From: the human T2T-CHM13v2.0 reference genome, Homo sapiens | NCBI RefSeq assembly: GCF_009914755.1 | Contig: NC_060928.1 | Length of the DNA: 64,000 nt | Direction: 5' to 3' (one strand) | Shown: positions 62,196-64,000 of the stretch, piece after piece | Layout of the letters: every line of letters begins with the position of its first letter | How positions within the stretch are numbered: position 1 is the stretch's first letter | The notes under the pieces: model-generated | Seen by the model: only the letters and a program-made list of their open reading frames with translations | What the model was told of the DNA's origin: nothing | The model's database searches: none | Position numbers and translations under genes: made by a program

Positions 62196-64000
62196 TTAAA
62201 TTGATATTCTGATTCACTAGATTTGACATGGAACCCAAGAATTTTTATATCTAAGAAGCTCTTAGATTATACTGGTGCTGCTGCTGTTCTCAGTACAAGC
62301 GGAGCAGCAAGATTATACAGTGGTATCTACTGACAAGTGAAAAAAATGTTACCAGAATATTCCTATATAGAAAAAACTATTCTAAAAGTTACATAAATTA
62401 TCAACCATTTCTTTAAGAGATATGTAATACAAATATGTCGTATATATTTATATATAGGTATATAATATTTATATGCACTGTAAGTTGACATAAGCATAGT
62501 TTGTGTGCATGGCTATCTCCTCAAATCTATTCTTCCTCTCCAACTTGGTTTTCATTTTGTATTCCTGATGCAGTTGAGAATTCTAAGAGCTTTGGAAGAA
62601 GTTGTCAATCTTCTCTCCTCACTTTTTTCAGTTTGGTAAATATACATTTGAATCTGTCTTTTCCTTCTGGTAGGCAAGATCAATCAGGTTTTGGTCTGGA
62701 TTGAAATTCAACTTTAGCAAACAATACAAAAGTGAAGGATATGCCTTAAAATACTGGCAGTGACTGTGGTAAGGTAGTGTGGTTGTGGTGTTTCCATTGA
62801 ACTTGTATACACTTTTCCATTTTGGAGACAATATATCACTTCTATAACATAAAATACCTTACTATCTATGTATGAAAATGGCTTTTCTTATTGGAGGCAA
62901 ATATTGCCTGATTTACTGAAAATTCTAAAAGGTGTGTAACCCTTGATTTGTTTCTGTATATGGTTACCTTTGTCTTTTCGTGTAGTACCTTCCTCAATTA
63001 AAAACATGCCAAAAAACAATACTTTTCCCTCTAGTTAATAGCACCACATCAAATTTCCCCATTGTTAGGGGAGATGATGGGCAACGGGGCCAGCTGAGTT
63101 ACAGCTATGTACAGAATGAATGAGTGAATGATCACATCTTAGCTGACGGGTGGAGTACAGCTTGGCAATCTGGAAGTGGGTGACACTTGAACATACAGGC
63201 TTGGAGATATTTGGTGTCAAGAAATAATTTGATACCATTGATTCTAATTCCTGGGCTAGAGGTCAGGATCAGAACTCTTATATGTGAGTAAGGCCCAGGA
63301 AAGAATAAGTTTCAGGGTTCCAGTTTTGAAGATGCTGTCGTTCTGGGTATTTTTGGAATCAGGGATTCCCATTCACTTACTATGCAGACCTTCCCAACAA
63401 GGTAAATCTTTTCAGTATCTAATTCCAGTGAAAATACTGTTAGGAAGCAGTTACAGGGGCAAAAAAGGAAACAAGGGAATACTCTAGTAATTCAAAACTT
63501 CAAATGTAAGATTGGGGCTGGACCAGAGTGAGGGTGATGGATACTGAATCTTGAGTATTGGGTTGGTGTTTCTTAAATTCTACCTGTTGGATTTGATTTT
63601 AGAATTTCCTGCTTGGGGTGAGGATGGTGGTGAGAGGTTTGTGCTTGCAGAAAGGAGGAAGTGTGAAGTTAGATGCAGAGACTGAAAATGAATTAGGTTT
63701 GTGTTTTTCAGTATAGTACTAAAACCACCTGCATTTGGATCATTTTGACTGCTTACTAAAAATGCAGATTTTCAGACTAAGTGATTAAGTGTATGTCAAG
63801 GAATCTGCATGGTTGTGAAGTACCTCATCTGTGATAAGAACCACACATTTCACAGAGCAAAGACATGCCCTCAAGATGAGCCTCTGTCTCAGAATGTCTT
63901 TTGCTTTCAGCTCTGCTGATACTCCCATCCTTTGTTATTCAGCTCAAATGCTATCCCTGTTGCAAAGCTATTCTCAATCTTCCTAGATGAAATATATCAA

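Noticed and set aside
60470-62300. One MER5 split by a 1.65-kb insertion
   Set aside because: The two fragments appear to overlap in consensus position and no TSD is visible; more likely two separate remnants.

Overview
Primate (human-like) non-coding genomic DNA, made mostly of interspersed repeats. I find no credible cellular protein-coding exon, RNA gene or CRISPR array. Recognisable ORFs are L1, ERVL or Tigger1 fragments or Alu/antisense artefacts, and the rest match nothing I recognise. Main components: a decayed ERVL provirus (~3.9-12.8 kb, minus) with five nested insertions, a complete THE1 MaLR element with both LTRs and a 5-bp TSD, a full-length Tigger1, many L1s (L1PA4-6, older L1PA/PB, L1M), about a dozen Alus, and L2/MIR/MER remnants. 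I see no new biological system. The notable signals are structural: (1) a ~530-bp, ~93%-identical inverted duplication that includes unique DNA and brackets a 3.35-kb repeat-poor segment; (2) one L1PA5-like insertion with an 18-bp TSD built from three non-colinear L1 pieces and carrying an open 356-codon endonuclease ORF; (3) a second ~218-bp inverted duplication inserted into an old MaLR; (4) several small template-switch hairpin scars. Subfamily names are from recalled consensus sequences and identities are hand counts; both need RepeatMasker or alignment confirmation.
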